From an uncultured Pelagibacteraceae bacterium (GTDB lineage: Bacteria; Pseudomonadota; Alphaproteobacteria; Pelagibacterales; Pelagibacteraceae): 64,000 nucleotides of DNA. Positions 18,072-28,201 of this stretch are shown piece after piece. Made by a program: the position numbers and the translations under genes. The number at the start of each line of letters is the position of its first letter. Positions within the stretch are counted from its first letter, which is position 1. The DNA lies in assembly GCA_902519695.1 (NCBI GenBank), contig CABYKN010000001.1:87129-151128 (forward strand). Reading direction: 5' to 3'. The notes beneath the pieces were generated by a model. It was not told where the DNA came from and did not search any database. It saw only the letters and a program-made list of their open reading frames with translations.

Positions 18072-19143
18072 TTTTTCTAAATTTTGATAATAAAAAAGGC
18101 AAAAATAAAACTATTATGAAAATTCTTAAAAAATGATGGTAGCTCACAAATATTGGATCTATGTTATAAGCAACACTAATAACAACCATTTCATGAATTC
18201 CTCCAGGTGCAAAACTTAAAAAAGTTGGGATAAATTCAAACCCTATATAAGTGAGCAAATAAGCAGTTATCATTGCAACAATTACCAAAATTGAACTAAC
18301 TATTATTCCATGAAATATAAAAAATAATAACTCTTTAATTTTTAATCCGTTTAACCTGGTACCTAAAGCGGTGCCTAGAAATATAAATGCAATATTTATA
18401 AATGCATCTGGAAATCTGGCATTAATTATTTCAAAAGTGTAAAAAGCACCAGATAAAGCCATTGCACCAACTAAAGAAGGTGATGGAATTTTATAATTTT
18501 TTAAGATGTTTGCAAAAATGAAACAAATTATTAATAAAAATAATATTTCTAAAAAATATCTTTCATTATAGATATTTTCATAATTGTAACCGGTCATTTC
18601 TGAGAAACCTAAATTATTAATAAAAAAAATTGGAACAAAACTTACAATAAATATCACCCTAGTAGCCTGAGGGATCAAAACACCTTTATCATTTTTTGAT
18701 TTACCAAATTCTAATAAAGCTGCAGATATTGGAACAAATGCACCCGGAAGAGCTGCTAAAACTGAAATGAATTTACTAAATTTACAAACTTTAAAAAAAT
18801 AATAACCAGCTAGAATAGTACTGACTATTGTGCAGATTAACATCGCTAATGACGAAAAAATCCAAAGATGAATTTTATACAACAATGTTACATTTAAAGT
18901 TCCACCAAGAATTATACCAACAATTAAAAATATAGGATTTAATAATTTAGTTGGAAAAATTATTTTAAAATTTGTAAATGCGAAACATAAATTTAAACCT
19001 AGAGATCCTAATAACCAGGGCAAAGGTAGATTAATTAAAGTACCTAAGTATCCACCAACAAGTCCTATAAATATAGCTTTATAACTACCTACTAAAGCTA
19101 AAATATATTCCTTTATGTTTTTGGAAAAATTATATTTGAGCAT
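18064..19143 (-). CDS. AbrB-family membrane protein (commonly next to tctABC)
   Basis: LPLPWLLG and duplicated PG/APGG.HEM motifs; divergent from tctC. Confidence 0.75.
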   Translation of the reverse strand: MLKYNFSKNIKEYILALVGSYKAIFIGLVGGYLGTLINLPLPWLLGSLGLNLCFAFTNFKIIFPTKLLNPIFLIVGIILGGTLNVTLLYKIHLWIFSSLAMLICTIVSTILAGYYFFKVCKFSKFISVLAALPGAFVPISAALLEFGKSKNDKGVLIPQATRVIFIVSFVPIFFINNLGFSEMTGYNYENIYNERYFLEILFLLIICFIFANILKNYKIPSPSLVGAMALSGAFYTFEIINARFPDAFINIAFIFLGTALGTRLNGLKIKELLFFIFHGIIVSSILVIVAMITAYLLTYIGFEFIPTFLSFAPGGIHEMVVISVAYNIDPIFVSYHHFLRIFIIVLFLPFLLSKFRKTI

Positions 19144-19204
19144 TGACTAAAATTTATAACTTATGTTTAATGATGGTTTCATAAATATAATAAGAGAGGA
19201 AATA

Positions 19205-20179
19205 ATGAAACTAATTAAAACTTTTATTTCAGTTTTATTCTCTGCTTTCCTTCTATTTTCATCAACAAGTTCATTTGCAGTTGAAAAATTACATTTTTTA
19301 ATTGGAGGTGGTGCTGGTGGTGGTTGGGATGGAACTGCTAGAGGTACTGGAGAAGCATTAACAAAAGCTGGTTTTTTGAAAAGTGCATCATTTGAAAATA
19401 TGTCAGGTGGTGGGGGTGGTAAAGCTTTGGCTTACCTAATTAATAACGCTCCAAAAGATACAGTTTTAGTTCAGTCAACACCATTGGTGTTAAGATCTAT
19501 TACAAGACATAAAGGTTATGTAAAAGGAACTGGTACATTATCTTATAAAGATGTTAAACCAATTGCAGGTGTAATTGGAGATTATGGTGCAATAGTTGTC
19601 GCAAAAAATTCACCTATCAAAAATTTCAAAGATGCAGTTGATCAATATCAAAAAGATCCAAAGTCAATTAAAATGGCTGGGGGATCTGTAAGAGGAAGCA
19701 TGGACCACTTAATTGGTGCGTTAGCTTTCCAAGCAGCTGGAGCAAATCCAAACGATGTGATCTATGTTCCATATGATGCTGGTGGAAAAGCGCTTGCTGG
19801 ACTTTTATCTGGAGAAACTCAAATACTTTCAACCGGCTTAGGTGAAGTAATGGGTGCTAGAGATCAAGTAAGAATAATTGGTATCACAGCTCCTGAAAGA
19901 GTAGGTGATGCACCAGAAGCTCCAACATTAAAAGAGCAAGGATATGATGTTCAGTTTGTTAACTGGAGAGGTTTCTTTGCACCAAAAAGCATGAGTATGA
20001 GTGACTATAACAAAATCTCTAAAATGCTTGGTGATGTTCAAAAGACACCAGAGTGGGAAGCTGTTAGAAAAAGAAATGCATGGGTAAATATTTATAACCC
20101 AGGTTCTAAATTTGATGCGTTCTTAGAAAAACAAACAGTTGAAATGACAGCTCTGATGAAAAAACTTGGAGTAATATAA
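19205..20179 (+). CDS. tctC: Tripartite tricarboxylate transporter substrate-binding protein (TctC family)
   Basis: GGGAGGGWDGTAR, ENMSGGGGG, YVPYDAGG, NWRG; start MKLIK after a GAGAGG RBS. Confidence 0.88.
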   Translation: MKLIKTFISVLFSAFLLFSSTSSFAVEKLHFLIGGGAGGGWDGTARGTGEALTKAGFLKSASFENMSGGGGGKALAYLINNAPKDTVLVQSTPLVLRSITRHKGYVKGTGTLSYKDVKPIAGVIGDYGAIVVAKNSPIKNFKDAVDQYQKDPKSIKMAGGSVRGSMDHLIGALAFQAAGANPNDVIYVPYDAGGKALAGLLSGETQILSTGLGEVMGARDQVRIIGITAPERVGDAPEAPTLKEQGYDVQFVNWRGFFAPKSMSMSDYNKISKMLGDVQKTPEWEAVRKRNAWVNIYNPGSKFDAFLEKQTVEMTALMKKLGVI

Positions 20180-20209
20180 TCTTTTTAGATTATTAAAGAA
20201 TGTAAAGCA

Positions 20210-20680
20210 GTGAGAATAAGTCCTACAAAATTTATCTCACTGCTTTTTTTAGTTTTATCAGTATTTTATCTATACACAGCTTACAACATTCAAGTATTTG
20301 CGTTTGATGAGAATGCACCATTTAATGCTAGAACTTTTCCAATCTATTTAGGTTGGGCAGGAATAATTTTATCGAGTTTAAAAATAATTTTACCTGAGAA
20401 AGTTACTACAGAGGTAAATCACAAACACTTAGATTATAAAAGTATAATTTATCTAATAGTAATCTCTTTAATATATGCGGCTGTAATTTTAAAAATTGGA
20501 TATTTTATATCAACTTCTTTATTTCTTTTTGCATCTTATTATTTCTTAGGTGAAAGAAGATGGGGACTGATGTTTATTTTGTCATTTCCATTTGTTGCTG
20601 CATTTATGTATTTATTACATGGTTTACTAAATATTTATCTTCGTGATCCTTTTTTAAAATACATTGGAGTTATGGGATGA
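20210..20680 (+). CDS. tctB: Tripartite tricarboxylate transporter small permease
   Basis: 4-TM protein with ARTFP, between tctC and tctA. Confidence 0.8.
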   Translation: MRISPTKFISLLFLVLSVFYLYTAYNIQVFAFDENAPFNARTFPIYLGWAGIILSSLKIILPEKVTTEVNHKHLDYKSIIYLIVISLIYAAVILKIGYFISTSLFLFASYYFLGERRWGLMFILSFPFVAAFMYLLHGLLNIYLRDPFLKYIGVMG

Positions 20681-22176
20681 TTGAAGGAATACTAATTGGA
20701 TTATCAACTGCGCTATCATTAACGAATATTTTAATGGTGATGGTTGGTTGTTTTGCTGGAACAATAATTGGAATGTTGCCGGGACTTGGACCAATGACTG
20801 CAATAGCATTAATGATACCAATTACTTACGGCTTTGATCCATCAACAGGTTTAATTTTAATGGCGGGTGTTTATTATGGAGCAGTATTTGGAGGATCTAC
20901 ATCTTCTATTTTGTTAAATGCACCTGGAATACCAGGAACTGTTGCTACTGCATTTGATGGTTATCCAATGGCACAACAAGGAAAAGCTGGTAAAGCTTTA
21001 GCAATAGCAGCCTATAGTTCATTCGCTGGTGGAACAATTTCTGCAATATTTTTATTAGTTGCAGCACCTAGTTTATCAAAAGTTAGTTTAGCTTTTAGGT
21101 CGCCTGACTATTTTGCACTTATGATTTTAGGTTTAACTGCAATTTCTGCGTTTTCATCTAAAGGACAGTTTTTAAAAGCAATGATGATGGTAGTTTTAGG
21201 ATTAATGTTAGCAACTGTAGGACAAGACTCGTTGTCAGATATCACAAGGTTCACATTTAATAATATGAATTTAACTGATGGTATAAGCTTTGTATTAATT
21301 GTAATGGCAACATTTGCAATGAGTGAAGCTCTAACGATTATTTTTAGAGGGAAAGATCCAAATAGAGCCGCAAAACAAATTTCATTAACAGAGCTAGGTT
21401 CGATAAGAGTAAATAAAGAAGAAACTATCAAAATGGCCAAAACAATACCTAGATCCTCAATACTTGGTTTTTTAATTGGCGTTTTACCTGGAGCAGGTGC
21501 AACAATTGCATCTTTCTTAGCTTATGGAATGGAGAGAAATTACGTAAACGAAGAAGAAAAACAAAAATTTGGAAAAGGTAGCGTTCATGGTTTATCAGCA
21601 CCAGAGACAGCAAATAATGCTGCTTGCTCTGGTTCTTTTGTACCATTGCTAACATTAGGAATTCCTGGAAGTGGAACAACTGCAGTTATGCTTGGAGCTC
21701 TTTTAGGATTTGGTATTCAGCCTGGACCAAGACTTTATCAAACAAACCCTGAAATATTCTGGTCTGTTATCATGTCAATGTACATTGGCATGGTTGTACT
21801 TTTAATTTTAAATTTACCTTTAATCCCTTATATCGCAAGAATTTTAGCAGTACCTAGAAATTATTTAATTCCTTTAATTTTATTTTTCTCAGTGACAGGA
21901 ATTTATTTAATGTCATTTAATAATTTTGATATTTTTTTAATGATAGGAATTGCTGTAGTTGCAACTTTTTTAAGGCTTTATGATTTCCCCATGCCACCTT
22001 TAATATTAGCTTTTGTGCTTGGAGGACTTATGGAGGAAACATTGAGAAGATCACTTTTAATAAGTGATGGTTCACCTAATTTTTTGTGGGATAGGCCTAT
22101 AACACTAATAATATTATTGATAACAATAACAATTGTTGGTTGGCAAATTTTTTCAACTTTAAGAAAAAAAAGTTAA
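20677..22176 (+). CDS. tctA: Tripartite tricarboxylate transporter large permease
   Basis: GMLPGLG, GGSTSSILLNAPG, FDGYPMA, APETANNA, LTLGIPG. Confidence 0.92.
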   Translation: MIEGILIGLSTALSLTNILMVMVGCFAGTIIGMLPGLGPMTAIALMIPITYGFDPSTGLILMAGVYYGAVFGGSTSSILLNAPGIPGTVATAFDGYPMAQQGKAGKALAIAAYSSFAGGTISAIFLLVAAPSLSKVSLAFRSPDYFALMILGLTAISAFSSKGQFLKAMMMVVLGLMLATVGQDSLSDITRFTFNNMNLTDGISFVLIVMATFAMSEALTIIFRGKDPNRAAKQISLTELGSIRVNKEETIKMAKTIPRSSILGFLIGVLPGAGATIASFLAYGMERNYVNEEEKQKFGKGSVHGLSAPETANNAACSGSFVPLLTLGIPGSGTTAVMLGALLGFGIQPGPRLYQTNPEIFWSVIMSMYIGMVVLLILNLPLIPYIARILAVPRNYLIPLILFFSVTGIYLMSFNNFDIFLMIGIAVVATFLRLYDFPMPPLILAFVLGGLMEETLRRSLLISDGSPNFLWDRPITLIILLITITIVGWQIFSTLRKKS

Positions 22177-22589
22177 ATATAAATTTTATCAGCTAGACCG
22201 TAACAAAGAATTCCACTTAAAACTGTCAAAATACCAGATGCAATGACACCTTCACTATTTGTTTTATCATTATGCCCAAGTTTATTGATGTAAATTGTAT
22301 ATATCCCAATTAAAAAATATAAAACGTTTTGCGCAAAAATCAATGTAAAGAAACCCCATGTTCCTGCCAAACCATCTGCTTTGATTAACATTATGTATAG
22401 TGCCACTAAAATTGATGCAACAAAGGGTGCTCCAAAAAATCTAACCATCACAGCTGCAGAATGATCTATATTGTATTGATCTAAAAATGATTTTGTTGCT
22501 ACCACTGTTCTAAAAGCATAAACAGCGTAAACGATAAAATGAACGATAAAAATACTTAAATAAATTATTCCGTTAAATTTATCTAACAT
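22173..22589 (-). CDS. Hypothetical membrane protein (about 4 TM)
   Basis: 138-aa hydrophobic ORF, last gene of a minus-strand run. Confidence 0.65.
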   Translation of the reverse strand: MLDKFNGIIYLSIFIVHFIVYAVYAFRTVVATKSFLDQYNIDHSAAVMVRFFGAPFVASILVALYIMLIKADGLAGTWGFFTLIFAQNVLYFLIGIYTIYINKLGHNDKTNSEGVIASGILTVLSGILCYGLADKIYI

Positions 22590-22598
22590 ATTTTGATT

Positions 22599-23681
22599 TT
22601 ATAAGATTCCTTTGTAGTTTTCAATTATCTTATCCCAAAGAAAATTTTCGGAATGTGTTTTGCACTCTTTTCCAAATTCAATATATTTATTTCCCTCAAA
22701 TAGATTATCTATACTTGAATAAATTTCATCTAGACTGTTACCATCGCAAATTAACCCCGTTTTATTATGAATAATTGCATCAGAAGCACCACCATCTTTA
22801 CCACCAATAGATGGTATCCCATATTGTGCAGCCTCAATAAAAGAAATTCCAAAGCCCTCAACTGAAGTTTTGTGAATTATAGATGGCATAATAAAAATAT
22901 TTGATTTTGCTATAAGTGCATTTTTTAATTCATTAGAGATATCACTTAAAAAAACTACATATTTATCAAGTTTTAGCTCTATCACTAATTTTTTTAAATT
23001 CTCTTCTTCATCTCCGTATCCTATACAAGTGTAAGTAATATCAGGATATTTCTCTTTTAAATTCCTAATAGCCATTATAACTTTTTCATGATTTTTTCTT
23101 TTGTCAAACCTTGATACAGTAATTAGCCTTTGTTTTTTTCCTTTTAACATTTCTTCTGCTTGTTTAAGGTCATCTTTTGGAATTTCTTCAACGGGATCTA
23201 CACCTGGATTTATGACTATCAATCTTTTTTCTTCAACTCCAAGACTAACTGCTAAATTTTTTGTAAAATTTGAGTTTGCCACTACATGATCAATATTATT
23301 TAAAACTTCTAAAACTTTTTTGTTTAATCTAGATCCTTTAGGGTGATTAATTTCTTTAGAATGTATTAAACATATTTTCTTTTTTGGTGATTTTATAAGT
23401 TCTAAACTTTTCCAATGATCTGCAATAATACAATTTACATTTTTATTTTCATTTAAATATTCATTTATTAGTAGAGATTTTCTATATTTTCTAAATAATT
23501 TAACTCCACTAACTCTTTCAATTGTAAATGAAACTTTATCATCAAACTTTTTATGATCTTCGTGATAATCGGCAAAAACTTTAACCATATCTAATTTTGA
23601 TAATGATCTTGCTAGTCCCCACATTAGATTTTGCATACCACCAACATCAGGAGGAAAAGTTGTTGTAATTATTAAATTCAT
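22599..23681 (-). CDS. Glycosyltransferase family 4
   Basis: FPPDVGGMQ, ANS.FT, VSRF..RK, EGFGISFIEA. Confidence 0.9.
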   Translation of the reverse strand: MNLIITTTFPPDVGGMQNLMWGLARSLSKLDMVKVFADYHEDHKKFDDKVSFTIERVSGVKLFRKYRKSLLINEYLNENKNVNCIIADHWKSLELIKSPKKKICLIHSKEINHPKGSRLNKKVLEVLNNIDHVVANSNFTKNLAVSLGVEEKRLIVINPGVDPVEEIPKDDLKQAEEMLKGKKQRLITVSRFDKRKNHEKVIMAIRNLKEKYPDITYTCIGYGDEEENLKKLVIELKLDKYVVFLSDISNELKNALIAKSNIFIMPSIIHKTSVEGFGISFIEAAQYGIPSIGGKDGGASDAIIHNKTGLICDGNSLDEIYSSIDNLFEGNKYIEFGKECKTHSENFLWDKIIENYKGIL

Positions 23682-24235
23682 TAATTAGATGACCATTTAA
23701 TACCACAACCCATACTTGGGAATTGTTCTTCAGGACCTTTACCTGTTTCTGAAACTTGTCTCATAGCAATAAATAAATCACTATCTCCAGATCTCATAGG
23801 CTTTAGTTCTCTTAATTCTCTTATTCTTCCTCTATATTGGAGACCAAAATCTTTATCATAACCAAAAAAATCTGGAGTACATACAGCATCATATTTTTTT
23901 GCAATGTCTTGTGTTTCATCAATCAGGTAAGGAAAATTAAACTTATGTTTAATTGCAAACTCTATCATTTTTTCAAAAGAATCTTCTGGATAATTAATTG
24001 GATCATTAGAGCATATTGCAACTGAATTTATTCCTAAATCATTAAGTTTATTACAATCCTCCACCACATCTTTTATAATTGCTTTTACATATGGACAATG
24101 ATTACAAATAAACATTATCAACGTTCCATTTTCACCCTTGATATCATTTAATGATATTAATTTGTTCTCTGTAGATTTTAATTCAAAGTTTTCTGCTTTT
24201 TTTCCAAAATCACATACTGGTGTTTTAATAGGCAT
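23681..24235 (-). CDS. Thioredoxin-like/AhpC-TSA family protein
   Basis: MFICNHCPYV, YPEDS, AVCTPDFF, PSMGCGIKW. Confidence 0.88.
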   Translation of the reverse strand: MPIKTPVCDFGKKAENFELKSTENKLISLNDIKGENGTLIMFICNHCPYVKAIIKDVVEDCNKLNDLGINSVAICSNDPINYPEDSFEKMIEFAIKHKFNFPYLIDETQDIAKKYDAVCTPDFFGYDKDFGLQYRGRIRELRELKPMRSGDSDLFIAMRQVSETGKGPEEQFPSMGCGIKWSSN

Positions 24236-24255
24236 AATGTAATAATATATAAATT

Positions 24256-24768
24256 ATGTTTTACGATTTGGAAGATAAAAAACGAAAAAACTCTGGCGAA
24301 AATTGGGTAGCTCCAAATGCAACTATTATTGGAGATGTCACATTAGAAAAAAACTCCAGTGTTTGGTTTAATGCTATAATTAGAGGGGATAATGAAAACA
24401 TTCATGTTGGAGAAGGTTCAAATGTTCAAGATGGGAGCGTTCTACATACTGACCCAGGCTGTCCTTTAAGAATTGGTAAAGACGTAACTATCGGTCATAT
24501 CGTTATGCTTCATGGATGTACAATTGGAGACAATAGTTTAATAGGTATTGGAGCTGTCATTTTAAATAATGCAAAAATAGGTAAAAACTGCATCATTGGT
24601 GCTAAAGCATTAATAACTGAAAATAAAGAGATCCCAGATAACTCATTAGTAGTTGGAGCACCTGGTAGAGTAGTAAGAAAACTTACTGACGAAGAAATAG
24701 GTAAAATTACTGAGAACGCAAAACATTACCAAGATAATTGGAAAAGATACGTAAAAACTGTTTTTTAA
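24256..24768 (+). CDS. Gamma carbonic anhydrase family protein
   Basis: Hexapeptide repeats, IRGD, SNVQD, LH, IGH, LHGC. Confidence 0.9.
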   Translation: MFYDLEDKKRKNSGENWVAPNATIIGDVTLEKNSSVWFNAIIRGDNENIHVGEGSNVQDGSVLHTDPGCPLRIGKDVTIGHIVMLHGCTIGDNSLIGIGAVILNNAKIGKNCIIGAKALITENKEIPDNSLVVGAPGRVVRKLTDEEIGKITENAKHYQDNWKRYVKTVF

Positions 24769-24769
24769 T

Positions 24770-25060
24770 ATGCCAGCTGGGTATGTAATTGCACAATTAA
24801 GAGTAAGTAATCCAGAAAATTATAAAGAGTACATTAAAAAAGTTAATCCAATTGTAAAAAAATTTGATGGAGAGTTTTTGGTTAGAAATGGTGAGTATCA
24901 AATATTCGATGGTGAAACTAAATTTCCAAGAATAATAGTTCTAAAATTTCCAAGTTATGAGAGGGCGCTAGAGTGGTATAATTCAGAGGAATATAAACCA
25001 ATAAAACAAATAAGATTGGATAACGCTGAGGGGACAAACATAATAATTAAAGGACTTTGA
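24770..25060 (+). CDS. DUF1330 family protein
   Basis: GYVIA, GEFLVRNG, FPS.E.A..WYNS.EY. Confidence 0.85.
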   Translation: MPAGYVIAQLRVSNPENYKEYIKKVNPIVKKFDGEFLVRNGEYQIFDGETKFPRIIVLKFPSYERALEWYNSEEYKPIKQIRLDNAEGTNIIIKGL

Positions 25061-25064
25061 AAGA

Positions 25065-25460
25065 TTAATCTTTCAGCGACAAAATTTTAAAATTTATTTT
25101 CAACTCAGGGAATTTTCTATCTATAATTAATTTAATTTTTTTAAAAGAATCCTTGTGAATTTTCTTTTCAATAGTTGAATTAAATTCTTTCTTTCCATTC
25201 ACTATTTTAGCTGCACCACAATCTTCATGATTAATTACTATTAATTTATTGATATTATGTAACTTTATTGAAGTTGATAAATTATCCAAAAAGGTTGATT
25301 GCCATTTTTTAAATTTTTTAGAAGTTACTCCGATGGCAGCTCCTGCAATAGTAAATGAGCTATACTTTCCAGTTAATTTCTTTTTTTTTAAATAATTAAA
25401 AACTTTTGGCTGAAACCTTGGATCCATGCATGACAAAACCATAGCTTCATATTTTTTCAT
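25065..25460 (-). CDS. Small beta-class carbonic anhydrase-like protein
   Basis: SCMDPR (CxDxR), AGA and HEDCGA (HxxC) zinc ligands; start taken at MKKYE (25460). Confidence 0.7.
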   Translation of the reverse strand: MKKYEAMVLSCMDPRFQPKVFNYLKKKKLTGKYSSFTIAGAAIGVTSKKFKKWQSTFLDNLSTSIKLHNINKLIVINHEDCGAAKIVNGKKEFNSTIEKKIHKDSFKKIKLIIDRKFPELKINFKILSLKD

Positions 25461-26065
25461 TATGGTACCAACCAAGTATCTTTACTATTATCAATGTCAA
25501 ATCTAGCTCTTCGATGACCTTTTGCAGCTAAATATAACCACTCAATAGATTTAATTTTACACTGTATAACAGTAAAGTTTTTATATCCTTCTTCGCTTTG
25601 TTCTTTTGTGTAATCAAAATTATCTAACTCAGGTTTTAAACCAGATGTTGGAATATCAGACTCTGTACCTGGTCCATTATCTACTAAGTAACATTTACGA
25701 CTTATATGTTGAGTTTTTTCCCAAGATTGTTTTGTTATATCATTATTGTGATTGATAATTGCTTCAACTTTTAATCTAACCTGTATTTTTTCATCTTTAT
25801 CGTAAAATAACATCGATGAATTTGGGTTTTTTTCTAATATTTTAATTTTATCAGATCTAATATCACTGTGGAATTGTACTATATTATTTTGTTCATCTGA
25901 TTTTCTAAGAACAACAATTCTACTTTCAATACTGTCTTTACTACCACATGAAAAAACGGGTATTCTAAAAGGAGATGATCTATTAGTAACTGCATCAGTT
26001 AGCATTAACCAAATTTTCTTTTTTATTTCGGAAAAATCCTCGTAGTAGGGAACAGTGGTAGACAC
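25460..26065 (-). CDS. Pyridoxamine 5'-phosphate oxidase-related FMN-binding protein
   Basis: RIVVLR, FHSDIRS.K, LFYD...IQVR, WLYL...GHRRA. Confidence 0.75.
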   Translation of the reverse strand: MSTTVPYYEDFSEIKKKIWLMLTDAVTNRSSPFRIPVFSCGSKDSIESRIVVLRKSDEQNNIVQFHSDIRSDKIKILEKNPNSSMLFYDKDEKIQVRLKVEAIINHNNDITKQSWEKTQHISRKCYLVDNGPGTESDIPTSGLKPELDNFDYTKEQSEEGYKNFTVIQCKIKSIEWLYLAAKGHRRARFDIDNSKDTWLVP

Positions 26066-26067
26066 AA

Positions 26068-26943
26068 TTATTTTTTCTTTTTTAATCTAGCTATTAAGCT
26101 AGAGCTATCCCAACGGTTTCCACCCATTTTTTGAACTTCTGCATAATAGCTATCAACAATTTCAGTTACTGGTACAGGCGAACCATTTCTTTTTGCCTCT
26201 TCAATACAAATTTTTAAATCTTTTCTCATCCAATCCACAGCAAATCCATAATCAAATTTATCTGCTACCATAGTTTTATATCTATTTTCCATTTGCCAAG
26301 ATTGAGCTGCACCTTTTGAAATAGTTTCCATAACTTTATCCATATCTAAACCTGCATTAATTCCAAAATTTACTGCTTCAGATAAACCTTGAACTAAACC
26401 ACCAATACACATTTGATTAACCATCTTAGTTAATTGTCCACTACCTGATGGTCCGATTAAAGTTACTTTTTTACTATAACAATCAATTATTGGCTCTGCT
26501 TTTTTAAAATCATTTTCATCGCCACCAACCATGACAGTTAATATCCCACCCTCAGCACCTGATTGTCCTCCAGATATAGGAGCATCTAAAAAACCAAATC
26601 CTTTATCTTTTGCGGCTTTATAAAGTTCTCTAGAAATTTCAGCAGACACTGTTGAATTATCAATGTATACGCATCCTTCTTTAGCATTATGAAATAATCC
26701 ATTATCGCCTAAAGAGACTTGTCTTAAATCATCGTCATTCCCAACACAGGTAAAAATAAAATCAGCATCTTTAGCAGCTTCAGATGGTGTATCAGCCATA
26801 TTACCTTTGTATTCACCAATCCATTTTTCTGCTTTTGATTTTGTTCTGTTAAAAACAGTTACATTATGTCCTGCTTTTGATATATATCCTGCCATTGGAT
26901 AACCCATTACACCAAGACCTATGAAAGCAACTTTAGAAGTCAT
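26068..26943 (-). CDS. Beta-hydroxyacid dehydrogenase (3-hydroxyisobutyrate dehydrogenase family)
   Basis: FIGLGVMG, DAPISGG, GQLTKMVNQ, F..DWMRKDL. Confidence 0.9.
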   Translation of the reverse strand: MTSKVAFIGLGVMGYPMAGYISKAGHNVTVFNRTKSKAEKWIGEYKGNMADTPSEAAKDADFIFTCVGNDDDLRQVSLGDNGLFHNAKEGCVYIDNSTVSAEISRELYKAAKDKGFGFLDAPISGGQSGAEGGILTVMVGGDENDFKKAEPIIDCYSKKVTLIGPSGSGQLTKMVNQMCIGGLVQGLSEAVNFGINAGLDMDKVMETISKGAAQSWQMENRYKTMVADKFDYGFAVDWMRKDLKICIEEAKRNGSPVPVTEIVDSYYAEVQKMGGNRWDSSSLIARLKKKK

Positions 26944-26951
26944 ATTTTTTT

Positions 26952-28160
26952 ATGTTTAAAAATTTAAGTTTAAAAGTAATTGTATTTGGATTCATATTTA
27001 CATTTTTTTCAAGCTTTGGACAGAGTTTTTTTCTTGGAATATTCAATACAAGTATAAGAGAGACACTATCGATAACTCACGGACAATTTGGCTCAATATA
27101 TGCATCAGCAACATTGTGTAGTAGTTTATTACTTATTTGGGTTGGAAAGAAAATTGATGATGTAAATATTTTCCGATTTGCAATCTATGTAACATTACTT
27201 TTATCTTTTTCTTGTTTTTTCTTTTCAAAAATATCATCTATAGTTTTTTTATTCATTGCAATTTTCTTAATGAGATTTTCAGGACAAGGAATGATGTCTC
27301 ATACTGCAACAACAACAGTTTCAAGATATTTTACAAAATCACGGGGTAGGGCATTAAGTATTTGTTGGTTTGGTTTATCAAGTGCTGAATTTATTTTACC
27401 TGTTTTAATGGTATTTTTGTTGTCATTAACGACTTGGCAAAATATTTGGACAGTAATTGCTTTATTAATTTTAATATTTTTACCGATTGCATCATTCTTT
27501 TTAGTTCGAACTGTTAAACTTGATACGAGAGAAAGCACTGAAGGTGAAGAATTTAAAGAGGAAAATATTAAGCAATGGAAAAGAATTGAAGTAATAAAAG
27601 ATTATAAATTTTATATAGTAAGCATGAATATGCTGGCCATGCCTTGGATTGCAACTGGTGTATTTGTATACCAATCATTTATTACTGAGTCAAAAAACTG
27701 GGGACCATTTGTAATTGCGCAATCTTTTATGTCTTATTCGGTATTTTCAGTAATTACACTTTTAATATCTGGTTTTTTAATTGATAAATTCACAAGTCGA
27801 AAACTTTTAATTTTTATGAATATTCCCTTATTTCTGTCGACTTTTGTAATTATTTATTTTGATGCACAATTTACTGCATTTATATTTTTAGGTTTAATTG
27901 GAATATCAAATGGTTTGGCAAACGTTTTGGGATCTTCTACTTGGGCTGAAGTTTATGGTGTAAAGCATATTGGATCTATTAAAGCTTTGACCACTGCACT
28001 TATGGTTTTTTCAACAGCTTTCGGAACTGCTCTTTTTGGTATTTTAATTGATATAGGATTTTCAATTGAGAAAATTGCTATAATATCTGCACTTTATATA
28101 CTTATTTCTTTCATTCTTCTTTTTTTAGTTAGAAAAAAATTAAATCCAATTTTAGTATAA
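26952..28160 (+). CDS. MFS transporter
   Basis: About 12 TM; FFSSFGQ, GKKIDD, GFLIDKF. Confidence 0.85.
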   Translation: MFKNLSLKVIVFGFIFTFFSSFGQSFFLGIFNTSIRETLSITHGQFGSIYASATLCSSLLLIWVGKKIDDVNIFRFAIYVTLLLSFSCFFFSKISSIVFLFIAIFLMRFSGQGMMSHTATTTVSRYFTKSRGRALSICWFGLSSAEFILPVLMVFLLSLTTWQNIWTVIALLILIFLPIASFFLVRTVKLDTRESTEGEEFKEENIKQWKRIEVIKDYKFYIVSMNMLAMPWIATGVFVYQSFITESKNWGPFVIAQSFMSYSVFSVITLLISGFLIDKFTSRKLLIFMNIPLFLSTFVIIYFDAQFTAFIFLGLIGISNGLANVLGSSTWAEVYGVKHIGSIKALTTALMVFSTAFGTALFGILIDIGFSIEKIAIISALYILISFILLFLVRKKLNPILV

Positions 28161-28201
28161 AACACTTGATTTTGTTGATCTTGGAGTATATTTAATCGGC
28201 C

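Noticed and set aside
18064-22176. AbrB-like membrane gene divergent from tctCBA as a novel system
   Set aside because: This association is common in proteobacteria and shows nothing unusual here
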